A stretch of 57,355 nt of DNA, from IMG/VR virus record IMGVR_UViG_3300045020_000042, positions 1 to 57,355 of that record; one strand, written 5' to 3'. Below, piece by piece: positions 46,067 through 55,354 of the stretch. Source of the DNA: a virus (Duplodnaviria; Caudoviricetes). Under the pieces are notes generated by a model. The model saw nothing but the letters and a program-made list of their open reading frames with translations, made no database searches and had not been told where the DNA came from. The first letter of the stretch is position 1, and every line of letters begins with the position of its first letter. The position numbers were made by a program, and so were the translations under genes.

Positions 46067-46288
46067 TCAAACCTCCTCTGTCAGCCGGACTTCGCCGGCC
46101 GGGTGACCGGTTGCGAGCGCCTCGTCGAGCGTCTCGAGCGCCTTCGTGCGCCATGCGCGGTTCTCGCTGCCCCTTCCGTTCTGCGGTACGATCGCAAACA
46201 ACTCATCACCGTGCGAGTTATGAACCGAGAACCGGGCCACGTTGCACCCGTGCACGATCGAGTAGTAGCGGAACTGGGTGAAGGTCAT
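46067..46288 (-). CDS. Hypothetical protein
   Basis: Coupled ORF between terminase and portal. Confidence 0.65.
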   Translation of the reverse strand: MTFTQFRYYSIVHGCNVARFSVHNSHGDELFAIVPQNGRGSENRAWRTKALETLDEALATGHPAGEVRLTEEV

Positions 46289-46566
46289 ATCACCTTCCTC
46301 CGCTCACGCCAGATCCTGTCCTGGATGAAGTGAGCCAGCGGCACGATGAACCGTGCACTGAACTCGTCAAGGCTCATGGCCAGATCGCTCATCCTCACTC
46401 TCGACTCGGTGACGCCGGTCCGGTGAAACAGGAGCATCATCGGCGGCGAGACGAACGCGGTGATATGGTCATCCTGGAATCCGGGCTCGTCGAACAGGCT
46501 CGCGAGCACGCGCTTCGTCTCGCAGGCGATCACATGGTTTGACAGGAGGTGCCTCATCTCACTCAT
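46285..46566 (-). CDS. Hypothetical protein
   Basis: Starts immediately after the terL stop, GGGAG RBS. Confidence 0.6.
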   Translation of the reverse strand: MSEMRHLLSNHVIACETKRVLASLFDEPGFQDDHITAFVSPPMMLLFHRTGVTESRVRMSDLAMSLDEFSARFIVPLAHFIQDRIWRERRKVI

Positions 46567-46567
46567 C

Positions 46568-47977
46568 TCAGACTCCCAGCCAGGCGCTCGAGCCACCCGC
46601 GCGGCCCGACGTCGTACGTGCACGGGCCTCCTTGCGGACAGTCTTCGCGATCCCTGGAAACAGTTCGGTCATGGCCCAGACGAACGCGTCCGCGCGGTTC
46701 GGCGACGAGGCACCCAGGTACCCGCCGGTCGTGAACGCGCACAGCTCGTCCTCGAGGTCGTTAAAGGTCCCGGCGAACCGGATCTTCCCCCGTTCAGTCA
46801 GGCTCGAAATGGGTTCGGCGCGGACCGCCTTGCCGCGGCTGGCCGTCACCTTCTTGAACGGCACGTCGGGCTTCGCGGTCCGCACGACAAACTTCACCAT
46901 GTCGCCGCCGTAGTTCGTCTCCGCGACGATCAGGTCCGCCGCGTGCCGGTCGTAGGCGGTCGTCGCGACCTCGCCCCAGGTCTTTGGACCCGCATTGATC
47001 GTCAGGTCCTCGAGCACGTAACCCCGCCCGTCGACACCCAGGCCCGCCACTATGATCCCGATCGGGTCGTGTCCGGCGTTGTCCTCATCGGACGAGCCCG
47101 ACGGGTCGACCGCGACGACGATCCGTTGCATGTCGGGCAGCTCGGTCTCGCGCGCAACGTCGAGCATCTCGATCGTCCACAGCGCGTTCTCAGTCACGTC
47201 AGCGAACTTCCCGTCCCGGAACCGTAGGCGCATGCGTGACGGCAGGCTGTCAAGCGTGTTCAGGTAGTCGTCGGGCAAGTTCTCCTTGTTATCGACCGGG
47301 TTCAGCTGGATCGACGCGTAGCGCGCACGATCGACCGGCTTCTTGTCGACCGGGTCGATGCCGCGCTCGAACAGCTGGTACGTCCAGTGCGCCTGCGACG
47401 GCGGGTTGCAGTCGTACAGCATCTTCCGGCGCAGCTCGTGCTGTTCGCCGTCGCGCCAGTACTTCGCACGTTGGGCCAGGCGTGTCACGGCGAGGTTTCT
47501 CGACGCGTACGGGATCTGGCTGCACTCATTCAGTGCTATGGTCGCGTATTCCTGGCCGAGGATCTTCTCGGTCCGCTCCTTATCGTCGAGCCCGCCGAAC
47601 CACAGCTGCGACCCGTTCGGGAACTCCGCGTACCAGTCGGTCTTGTCCATCCGGTACGTCACGCCCGGGAAGCACTTCTGCATCACCTTCGGGAACGTGT
47701 CAAGGATGACCGACGTCTTCACGTGGTTAAACCGGAGCCGGAGCAGCGCGTGCCGGCTGCCGGGCGCAGCGAGCGCACGCAAGACGAGGATCCGCACGAT
47801 CAGGAACGTCTTGCCGCTGCGGCTGCCGCCGAACAGCATGACGTGTTGCGCGTGGCCGCCGATCAGCCGGACGGCTTCTTCCTGTTTCGCGTTCAGCCGG
47901 AACGGCGCGTCATCGATCGCCGCCTCACCGGTGAGGTGAGGTTCGACCTTCGCGACCGGGACCGACCGGGTAGCCAT
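46568..47977 (-). CDS. terL: Terminase large subunit
   Basis: GGSRSGKT, LNECSQ, DCNPP, VAVDPS, ETNYGG, SPNRADA. Confidence 0.95.
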   Translation of the reverse strand: MATRSVPVAKVEPHLTGEAAIDDAPFRLNAKQEEAVRLIGGHAQHVMLFGGSRSGKTFLIVRILVLRALAAPGSRHALLRLRFNHVKTSVILDTFPKVMQKCFPGVTYRMDKTDWYAEFPNGSQLWFGGLDDKERTEKILGQEYATIALNECSQIPYASRNLAVTRLAQRAKYWRDGEQHELRRKMLYDCNPPSQAHWTYQLFERGIDPVDKKPVDRARYASIQLNPVDNKENLPDDYLNTLDSLPSRMRLRFRDGKFADVTENALWTIEMLDVARETELPDMQRIVVAVDPSGSSDEDNAGHDPIGIIVAGLGVDGRGYVLEDLTINAGPKTWGEVATTAYDRHAADLIVAETNYGGDMVKFVVRTAKPDVPFKKVTASRGKAVRAEPISSLTERGKIRFAGTFNDLEDELCAFTTGGYLGASSPNRADAFVWAMTELFPGIAKTVRKEARARTTSGRAGGSSAWLGV

Positions 47978-48540
47978 CAGAGGACCCCGGCGTCGTCAGC
48001 GGTGATGTTTAGCGTCACCGGCTTCTGCTTGTTATCCTTCTCGTACGCGCCGAGGTGCTTCATGGCCTTGTCGATGGCCGAGTTCTTGTCCCACATCTTG
48101 ACCTTCGCGGTGCGGCCAATCGATACCCGGCTGCCGTCCTTGCCCGGTTGGCCGACGTAGAGCTCCTCGACCTCGAACGAACTGACCATTGAAGCCGTCT
48201 CGTCGTCGAGCTCGACGATCGCCTTCAGCGTCCCGTCGGCGCGGAACAGCTTCCGCGGATCGGCCATCACGAGCCGGCGCAGCGACTCGATAACGTTTTC
48301 AATGGTGAGTCCGGTCTTCGCCTCGAGCTCCGCGGCGACCCGGTCCTTGTGGTCCTGCAACAGCTGTTGCGTATAGGCGTGAGCGAGGCACGCACGGCCG
48401 AGTTGCGCGGCCCCTGTCCGCCCCTTCTTCTTCAGCTCGGGCCGTGCCTCGAGGATGGCCGCCGCGGCGTTCCCGCCGTTCGCGAGGTACGCCGCGGCGA
48501 ACCGTTCGCACCGTTCCTTCACGTCAAGACGGATCCTCAT
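47977..48540 (-). CDS. terS: Terminase small subunit
   Basis: FAAAYLANGGNAAAA, DPRKLF..DG.LK...ELD, KVKMWDKNSA...KHLG. Confidence 0.88.
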   Translation of the reverse strand: MRIRLDVKERCERFAAAYLANGGNAAAAILEARPELKKKGRTGAAQLGRACLAHAYTQQLLQDHKDRVAAELEAKTGLTIENVIESLRRLVMADPRKLFRADGTLKAIVELDDETASMVSSFEVEELYVGQPGKDGSRVSIGRTAKVKMWDKNSAIDKAMKHLGAYEKDNKQKPVTLNITADDAGVL

Positions 48541-48755
48541 GGCTGGCTCCAGGTTCGCAGGGTGGCCGTGACCGCAAGCGAGATGGGTGTCGGACGCAGC
48601 CGCGCCGTGAGGACCTGGCGCAACCACTCGTCGAACGTGAGGTACCAGCCCTCGCGTCCTACGCGCACAAGATCGTCTGGCGCGGCCCGATACGCGGCCT
48701 CGTAAGCTCTGAGCGCTCGGGCCGCGTCTGGACGCACTTGATCGATTCTGGGCAT
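48537..48755 (-). CDS. Hypothetical protein
   Basis: ATGA-coupled to terS. Confidence 0.5.
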   Translation of the reverse strand: MPRIDQVRPDAARALRAYEAAYRAAPDDLVRVGREGWYLTFDEWLRQVLTARLRPTPISLAVTATLRTWSQP

Positions 48756-48756
48756 G

Positions 48757-48954
48757 TCAGCTCAGCGCACCCTTGGGCTTCCGGCCGTCCAGGCCGTAGG
48801 GATCCATCGGGGCGGACGACTCGATCGGGATCGAGCTGCGCGTCGGGCGCGAGCCGGAGCCGACCGAGGTGTTCTGCGGGGCCGAGCCGCCCTTCGACGG
48901 GGGTTGGACGCCTTTCGGGACGGAGTGAAACAGACCACCAGACGACTTTGCCAT
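48757..48954 (-). CDS. Small basic protein, first late gene
   Basis: GGAG RBS; MAKSSGGLFH... Confidence 0.6.
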   Translation of the reverse strand: MAKSSGGLFHSVPKGVQPPSKGGSAPQNTSVGSGSRPTRSSIPIESSAPMDPYGLDGRKPKGALS

Positions 48955-48959
48955 GACCA

Positions 48960-49990
48960 GGCTCCATGTGAGGATGAGAAAATCGGTGGCTGACCCACGC
49001 GACTACCAAGATTCTACTCCAAAGTAAACTGTTTTTGAAAACATTTTGAAGTGGCGGTAAACACATATTTAAAAGACTTTTTCACCGCGCGTTTCTTCTG
49101 GGTGCAGGGGTGGCACGGTGCACGGAGCCGGGCTCCGAAGGGTCCAATGAACGGGATCACTAGTCACCAATAATCAAGCTCCAAGCTCCAAGCTCCGTGC
49201 ACCAAGTCTGTAATCATAATGTAATCTTATGGAATGTGGTTTTGTTCCTTTGGCAAAATTTCCCCAGGCAAAATTTTTTGCGTTTGCTGTCGCGGTTTTA
49301 GTTCCTGGCGCGCAGAGCCAGGTGCGCACCATTGGACAGCCGGCACACGACGAGCAGAGCGCCGGGCACCAGGTACTACGCACTACGAACAACAGTGAAG
49401 TACTACGCACCACGTATCATCGTCGTCGCGACGCGTATGGACTGATAGCAGATATTACGTAAAGTCGCGCCGGTCGGCTGCCGTGTGCCGAGCGCTCAGC
49501 GCCGGGCTCGATGCTCTCACTCGAGAACGTTCGACGTCGTATGATACATGGTGATATGGTGCGGTGTGGTACGTGGGTGGCTGTGGAAATCTGGAGATTA
49601 GGGCCTAGCACCGAGCCCAACGGTGTTGTGTGACATTATAACATCTCATTGTGATCATTTGTTCAATCACGAAACATTTGCTCATGAGATGTTATAACAT
49701 AACAAAGTTGTGAATCCGTCTCACAATATGAAACATTCAGAATCACGCCTGTGACGACCATGACGATGTGTCCATACGTTGATATCAACCCGGTCACAAA
49801 CGTGATAGAGACGCGCTACGTGAGTCTAAGCATGTGCGATCGGCCGGCGCGTGAACGATCGACGTCGAACGGTGACTCACACTGGTACAAGACATAGATA
49901 TCTTCACACGTATAATTCACACTAACGCGTGTGTGCACGATATAATGTAATCTAGTTCGGCGCACCACGCGGCGAACACGGCTGAGAACG
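48960..49990. promoter_or_regulatory. Divergent control region (about 1 kb) between late and early arms
   Basis: AT-richer, no credible CDS, TATAAT at 49911 and 49941, inverted and direct repeats. Confidence 0.75.
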
Positions 49991-50000
49991 GAGATTGGAA

Positions 50001-50159
50001 ATGCTCGGATACCACGCTCAATGGATTATCTGTTTGATCGAACGTCGCGCTGCTGCACTGGCACGCGGTGAAAACCACGCAGCACGTTTGATCGAAAACA
50101 AACTACGTCGCACGGTTCGTTCGATGTTTAACGACGACGATCAAATATCATACGATTAA
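50001..50159 (+). CDS. First early gene (52 aa, not in ORF track)
   Basis: GGAGA RBS; MLGYHAQWIICLIERRAAALARGEN... Confidence 0.65.
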   Translation: MLGYHAQWIICLIERRAAALARGENHAARLIENKLRRTVRSMFNDDDQISYD

Positions 50160-50161
50160 CA

Positions 50162-50215
50162 GATCGAAACGTCGCGCGAGCGGCGTTCGTACGTTACGCG
50201 TACGCTGATGAGATC
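50162..50215 (+). ncRNA. Type II hammerhead ribozyme HH1
   Basis: GATC-GAAA-CGTCGC(GCGA)GCGGCG-TT-CGTACG(TTACG)CGTACG-CTGATGA-GATC; predicted cleavage after GUU at 50187. Confidence 0.93.
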
Positions 50216-50235
50216 AACCGCTGAGGACAAAAATC

Positions 50236-50556
50236 ATGGCAAAGTTTAACTTCAAGAAGTTCAACGAACAAGAGCGCGTTGCGCTCGAACGCGCTCGCGA
50301 GAATCATCCCGGCGAGTTCTATGTTGAGATCGACTTCGCAACCGGACAGACTGACGGCGCACCGAACGACGAGACGAAAGAAATCACGCAGTATTTCGCA
50401 GCGCGCGGTCTCGACTCCGAGATCATTACGTTGAATGGTCCCGGCGGCGGTTGGCCGTCCGTGTTCGTCGTCGGAACGTTCGACAAAATTACCGCGTGGG
50501 CAAACAGCGCGGAATGGAAAGATTCAATTGATCTTGGTTTTATCAAGCCGCTGTAA
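50236..50556 (+). CDS. Early hypothetical protein
   Basis: GCTGAGGAC RBS; GPGGGWP motif. Confidence 0.8.
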   Translation: MAKFNFKKFNEQERVALERARENHPGEFYVEIDFATGQTDGAPNDETKEITQYFAARGLDSEIITLNGPGGGWPSVFVVGTFDKITAWANSAEWKDSIDLGFIKPL

Positions 50557-50565
50557 ACCAGACCA

Positions 50566-50619
50566 GATCGAAACGTCGCGCGAGCGGCGTCCGTACGTTA
50601 CGCGTACGCTGATGAGATC
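50566..50619 (+). ncRNA. Type II hammerhead ribozyme HH2
   Basis: Identical to HH1 except at the cleavage nucleotide (GUC, cut after 50591). Confidence 0.95.
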
Positions 50620-50636
50620 AACCGCTGAGGACAATC

Positions 50637-50843
50637 ATGAAAATCACGCAAATCAAGTTTGAAGTTCCGTCTGAGCAGATCGACGCAATTGAAGAACTGC
50701 TTGGTAATGAATGCGCGTTGTACGACACGTCGCTCGGCGCAGCGCTCGATAACAACGTTTTCACTGTAACTCTGCACTTCGACCCAAATATGGTCGATCG
50801 CGATACGATCAACAGTTTGCTCGACGCGATCGAATCCGTTTAA
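50637..50843 (+). CDS. Acidic early protein
   Basis: GCTGAGGAC RBS, Asp/Glu-rich. Confidence 0.75.
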   Translation: MKITQIKFEVPSEQIDAIEELLGNECALYDTSLGAALDNNVFTVTLHFDPNMVDRDTINSLLDAIESV

Positions 50844-50918
50844 CCCAGATCGAAACGCACTATACGGGCAAACCGCTAGCTCCCGATTGCTACCGCTTTT
50901 ACGCTTGAGGACAGAATC

Positions 50919-51116
50919 ATGGTCATGGTCAAATATTTCCATAACGGAAACCCAGTTACCACAGAACGCGCGTGGGAAATTATTACGCACGAGTCGGTCG
51001 ATATCGACCCAGAAGAACTTGCCGTACTCTGGCTTCATTCTCAATTTTCCGAAGAAGCACGTGACACGATTTTTGACTTGAGCGACTGCACTCTGGAGAT
51101 CGTCGTTGATGAATAA
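50919..51116 (+). CDS. Acidic early protein
   Basis: TGAGGAC RBS, Asp/Glu-rich. Confidence 0.7.
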   Translation: MVMVKYFHNGNPVTTERAWEIITHESVDIDPEELAVLWLHSQFSEEARDTIFDLSDCTLEIVVDE

Positions 51117-51222
51117 AATCGACTGGCGCGCTGTCGGCGTCGCGGTCATGGCGATCGTCGGCTGCGCGCTCGGCGCGGCCACGATCATCCTGACGTCGAT
51201 CGATCCGGACTTCATTTTGTAA
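51109..51222 (+). CDS. Small membrane protein (37 aa)
   Basis: GGAGA RBS; MNKIDWRAVGVAVMAIVGCALGAATIILTSIDPDFIL. Confidence 0.6.
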   Translation: MNKIDWRAVGVAVMAIVGCALGAATIILTSIDPDFIL

Positions 51223-51423
51223 CTTTATTACGATTCAAGATTTACATATTTTTGTACATAAGTTAGCACACCTCGTACTTCACACTATACAATGTAATCA
51301 CTGCAGTCTAACACGCCGCAGCAACGGAAATGGAAATCAAAGCTAGACGTCGTTGATGACGCTGCTGTACCAGGACCGGCACTCGTAACTGACTTTCTAA
51401 CTTTCTCGTATTGGAGATTTATC

Positions 51424-52236
51424 ATGATCGCTCAAACTGTCAAGACTTTCAAAGCGCGCTCGTCCGCGACGGACGTTCTTCGCGCTATCGGCGTACCCAC
51501 GCGTGATTACAACCTCTTCATCGAACCGGTCGACGGCGGCGTCGCATGCAAGATCGGACTCGCTCAGTCTCACGTCGAAGCGCTGAAGATCCAGACCCAG
51601 GTCGGCGGCGGCGCGCTCGTAACGACAGCAGCACCGAAGAAGTCGAGACGCGCGGTCAAGAGCGACCCAGTCGGAAAGTCGATCGCGCAGACCGCCGCGG
51701 GCATTACGAACGCTCTCAGCGACGTCGGCGCCGAAGCGGCCGCGAGCGCGATCGTCGAAGCAGCGGAGAAAGCCGTAACGCTCGTCAACCCGGCCGCGTG
51801 GCCGTTTCCGACTACGAAAGCGCTGCAGATCGCGAAGAACGCTGCCGAAGCGGGTCGCGGTCAGCGCGCGAGCGACGCGCAGACTTCCGCGAGCGTTCGT
51901 GCGACCGGACAGAACGGATCGACGGTCGTTGTTCCGAAGAACGTTGCGAAGAACGCTGGACTGAAAATCCACAAAGACGAACGTCCGTCGAAACTGAACC
52001 GCGCCGACGCGGCCGCGTTCGTGAAGAAGTCCGGGTCGACGCCGGTCACCGCGCCGGCGAAGAAGGCCGACGAGAAGCGGACCGTCTCGTCCGTCGCTCG
52101 CGCGCTGATCGTCGCGGGCAAGACGAACGAGGAGGTATGGGACGCTTTGGTCAAGGAATTCAAGCTCGACGACAGCAAGAAATCCTATCCGGCGTGGTAC
52201 CGCCGTGAATGCAAGAACAAGGGATTGATCAAGTGA
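51424..52236 (+). CDS. Ala/Lys-rich protein with C-terminal helical domain
   Basis: GGAGA RBS; C-terminus ARALIVAGKTNEEVW..LVKEFKLDDSKKSYPAWYR. Confidence 0.85.
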   Translation: MIAQTVKTFKARSSATDVLRAIGVPTRDYNLFIEPVDGGVACKIGLAQSHVEALKIQTQVGGGALVTTAAPKKSRRAVKSDPVGKSIAQTAAGITNALSDVGAEAAASAIVEAAEKAVTLVNPAAWPFPTTKALQIAKNAAEAGRGQRASDAQTSASVRATGQNGSTVVVPKNVAKNAGLKIHKDERPSKLNRADAAAFVKKSGSTPVTAPAKKADEKRTVSSVARALIVAGKTNEEVWDALVKEFKLDDSKKSYPAWYRRECKNKGLIK

Positions 52237-52276
52237 TCGATCCGACTCCGCACCTCTTGATGGGGTGCGATGACCA

Positions 52277-52315
52277 CAACTCAGAGCGAAGTTCTGGGCT
52301 CTGGGTTGCTTTTTC
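52277..52315 (+). terminator. Rho-independent terminator
   Basis: CAACTCAGAGC/GCTCTGGGTTG stem followed by CTTTTT. Confidence 0.7.
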
Positions 52316-52319
52316 ACTT

Positions 52320-52610
52320 ATTTTCACCTGTTACAGACCGTCTGTTACGAAACAGGTTACAGACGTTTTTTAAACCTCTCTAAGAAAATTCTCTCTTTCT
52401 CTCTTCTCTATCGTTTCTACTATATACTTATTTAGTAACAGTAACAGTAGTTGGTAACAGAGAGAAAGTGATGAATATTCCACATTTCCCTTACGGATCA
52501 AGAGCTTAGCGCTCGGCGCTCGGCCTTTTATCGTCTCGTCATTTCACACTGCCAATCTGTAACTGCCGTAGTTACGCTCTGCGTCCTGCGCTCGTCGTCG
52601 CGTTACGGTT
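52320..52610. other. Putative replication origin
   Basis: Three GTTAC then three GTAAC flanking an AT/CT-rich core, upstream of the primase-helicase. Confidence 0.6.
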
Positions 52611-52637
52611 TACTTTCATGAGCGCGCGCTATACTAT
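52609..52637 (+). promoter_or_regulatory. Sigma70-like promoter for primase-helicase
   Basis: TTTACT-17 bp-TACTAT. Confidence 0.5.
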
Positions 52638-52836
52638 CTTCTGGCCGGCGTCTGCCGCAGTATCCTCCGAAGTCACGCTCGTGGCTTGGCCGCATCTTCC
52701 CGGCCGATCTCTGCAAAACGTCCTCAGCCCACCTAGGACGCCGGCGCCTTTACCTGGGGCAATGGGCTGAACGCGTAGGAAACCTTGGCTGAGGACGACG
52801 CGAGAGAGGATCCGGGACTGACAGGAAGAAGTACCC

Positions 52837-54984
52837 ATGACTACTAAACGTTCGCGTTCTCCCGCGAAACCCGTTATCGACCCGTCACTTGAACTGGCCG
52901 TGACGGAGAAACTTCGATCTTCGGGGCTCGACTTCGACGACGCGCGCGCGCTCGGGATCGACGTACTCGACAAGCACGCGGTCAGGTCGCTGCACCCATC
53001 GTTCGATCTCCGTCCGGCCATCAAGATTCCCTATTTTCGTCCCGACGATCCCATATCCGCGCTTCGTTGCGGGCAGCGGCCGCCGTTCTACCGGCTCCGC
53101 TATCTGACCGACCCCCCGGCCGGCCCGTTCGGTGAACGTGAGCTGAAGCCGCGACGTTACACGAACGAACCGCGCATGGGTGTCTGCGCATACTTCCCTC
53201 GGCTGACCGATTGGCCCGCGCTGATCGCTGACGTCGACCGGCCGCTGATCATTACCGAGGGAGAACTGAAAGCAGCGTGCGCGACGAAGCACGGATTTCC
53301 TACGATCGGGCTCGGCGGCGTGTTTAACTACGCGTCGAAGGAGCTCGACTTGCCGTTTCTCGACGAGCTCGACCTGGTTTGCTGGCTCGGCCGCGCGGTC
53401 TATATCGTGTACGACTCGGACCTCGCTTCGAACAGCAACGTCTGTCTCGCGCTGAACCGGCTCGCGCGCAAGCTGCAGCAACACGGCGCGAACGTTCTCG
53501 TTGGGTTTCTCCCGTCCGTTACGGAAGGCGGCAAGACGGGGCTCGACGACTTCATCGTTCATCAAGGTTCCGACGAACTGAAGAAACTGCTCGCGGCCGC
53601 GTCTCCGATGACGACCGAGCAGGTCCTTCACCAGATGAATGATCACAACGTTTTCATCTACGAATCGGCCTCGATCTGGTCTACACTCACGTTGACGAAC
53701 CAGCCCGTGAAAGGTTTCTTTGACGCGTACGCCGCGAAGGTGTTCGAACGTCGCGAGGTCAAAGTCGATAAGGACGGACTGCCAGTACTCACGCGCAAGC
53801 CGATGCCCGCAGCGAAGGCCTGGATTGAGTGGCCGTTGAGACGTGAGGCGGGGAAACTGTCCTACGAGCCCGGCATGCCGCCCGGTCTGGTCGACCACGA
53901 AAGCGGGTACCCAGAGATGCGGAGATGGAACGTCTGGTCGGGCTGGCCGGTTGAGCCGCAACGCGGCGACATCGACCCGTTCATGACGCTGATCGATCAC
54001 GTGTTCAAGGATGTCGATGAGTCAGTCAAGCGATGGTTCTTGAGTTGGGTCGCGTGGCCGCTGCAGTTTCCGGGGACTAAGCTCTACAGCGCCGTCGTCA
54101 TTCACGGTCGACTTCACGGAACGGGCAAGTCGTTGCTCGGTGAGACAGTTGGAAAGCTGTACGGGGAGAACTTTACCATCATCGGTAATGAGGAACTTCA
54201 CGGCAAGTATAACGGCTGGGCCGCGCGTAAGCAGTTCATTCTCGGCGATGAGATTACCGGCTCGGACCGTCGCACGCTGCAGGACAAGATCAAGCGGATG
54301 ATTACCCAGACGCGGATCCGGATCGACAACAAGTACGAGAAAGCGTACGAGCTGCGTGACTGCGTTAATTACCTTTTCACGTCGAACCGTGCGAACGCGT
54401 TCATGATCGACGACGACGACCGCCGGTTGCTGATCCATGAGATGCCAGAGGATGTGGTGCTTGACGAGGAGAAGTTTTTCAAACGTGAATACGAAACGTG
54501 GATCGATTCGCGCCAGGGCCAAGCCGCGCTGCTTGACTATCTCCTGAAGTATGACGTCTGCGACTTTAACCCGAACGGACGTGCGCCGATGACGGTCGCG
54601 AAGCAGCAGATGATCTATCATTCGAAGTCCGACCTCGGCGCGTGGGTCATGCAGCTTCGCGAGTCGCCCGACCAGCTGCTGCTCGGCGCCGCTCAAGACC
54701 TGTTCACGAACGGCGAGCTGCTCGCGTACTATCAGGGCGCGGACGTCAGCGGGCGGGATAAGGTCACCGCTCAGGGGATGGGAAACGCGTTGCGTGACGC
54801 CGGCTTCGTCATGGCGAATAAGGGACAGCCGATGCGCGGGCCCGGCAGCGTCGGCCGATATTACGTCATCCGGAACCCTGAGAAATGGCGTTCGGCCTCG
54901 GTCTCGGAGCTGGGTGCTCACTTAAAGGATCCGAAACCCGTGCCGCGTGAGAAAGTCACGCCGATCAAGAAGACGAAGTACTGA
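52837..54984 (+). CDS. Toprim primase (DUF3854-like) fused to SF3 helicase
   Basis: IITEGELKA, IGLGGV, IVYDSD, KTGLDD; HGTGKS, GDEI, FTSN...DDRR. Confidence 0.9.
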   Translation: MTTKRSRSPAKPVIDPSLELAVTEKLRSSGLDFDDARALGIDVLDKHAVRSLHPSFDLRPAIKIPYFRPDDPISALRCGQRPPFYRLRYLTDPPAGPFGERELKPRRYTNEPRMGVCAYFPRLTDWPALIADVDRPLIITEGELKAACATKHGFPTIGLGGVFNYASKELDLPFLDELDLVCWLGRAVYIVYDSDLASNSNVCLALNRLARKLQQHGANVLVGFLPSVTEGGKTGLDDFIVHQGSDELKKLLAAASPMTTEQVLHQMNDHNVFIYESASIWSTLTLTNQPVKGFFDAYAAKVFERREVKVDKDGLPVLTRKPMPAAKAWIEWPLRREAGKLSYEPGMPPGLVDHESGYPEMRRWNVWSGWPVEPQRGDIDPFMTLIDHVFKDVDESVKRWFLSWVAWPLQFPGTKLYSAVVIHGRLHGTGKSLLGETVGKLYGENFTIIGNEELHGKYNGWAARKQFILGDEITGSDRRTLQDKIKRMITQTRIRIDNKYEKAYELRDCVNYLFTSNRANAFMIDDDDRRLLIHEMPEDVVLDEEKFFKREYETWIDSRQGQAALLDYLLKYDVCDFNPNGRAPMTVAKQQMIYHSKSDLGAWVMQLRESPDQLLLGAAQDLFTNGELLAYYQGADVSGRDKVTAQGMGNALRDAGFVMANKGQPMRGPGSVGRYYVIRNPEKWRSASVSELGAHLKDPKPVPREKVTPIKKTKY

Positions 54985-54997
54985 GGAGGCCACGTTT

Positions 54998-55345
54998 ATG
55001 TCCGCTTCAAGTTTCAATGATCACCGTCCTACGGTCTGGTACGTCCTCGCTCCGTCCCAGCGGCTCGCGACGTACGCGGCCCAGGAGTTCCGGCAGATTC
55101 TCAGCGACTGCGAGACGTCGAGCCGGGAGTTCAAGGCCTGGACGTGGCTCGACGCTCGCGACGTTCACGCGATCTGCTCGCCCGCCACGGTTCGCGTGCT
55201 CTATGTCGACTCGCCGCGGCCGTTCGCGTGTCTTGACCAGGCGTACAAGCGGGAGAACTGGGCCCGCGCGATGGAGGTTCTCGAGGCCGAGATGACGAAG
55301 AACCGGTCGAAAGACCACTGGTACGTCCGGCTCGTCCTGCCGTAA
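54998..55345 (+). CDS. Hypothetical protein
   Basis: GAGGAGG RBS. Confidence 0.7.
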   Translation: MSASSFNDHRPTVWYVLAPSQRLATYAAQEFRQILSDCETSSREFKAWTWLDARDVHAICSPATVRVLYVDSPRPFACLDQAYKRENWARAMEVLEAEMTKNRSKDHWYVRLVLP

Positions 55346-55354
55346 CCGCATTCC

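Noticed and set aside
50856-50900. c-di-GMP-I riboswitch (GGGCAAACC)
   Set aside because: The GAAA-capped P2 extension, GCAAAGC junction and P3 are missing.
50160-50915. CRISPR array or integron attC sites
   Set aside because: Only two full repeats, separated by whole genes; no cas or integrase genes; the repeats fold as hammerheads.
51329-51390. Tandem micro-ORFs MEIKARRR and MTLLYQDRHS after a promoter-like site
   Set aside because: Too short and with weak RBS; cannot be supported from sequence alone.
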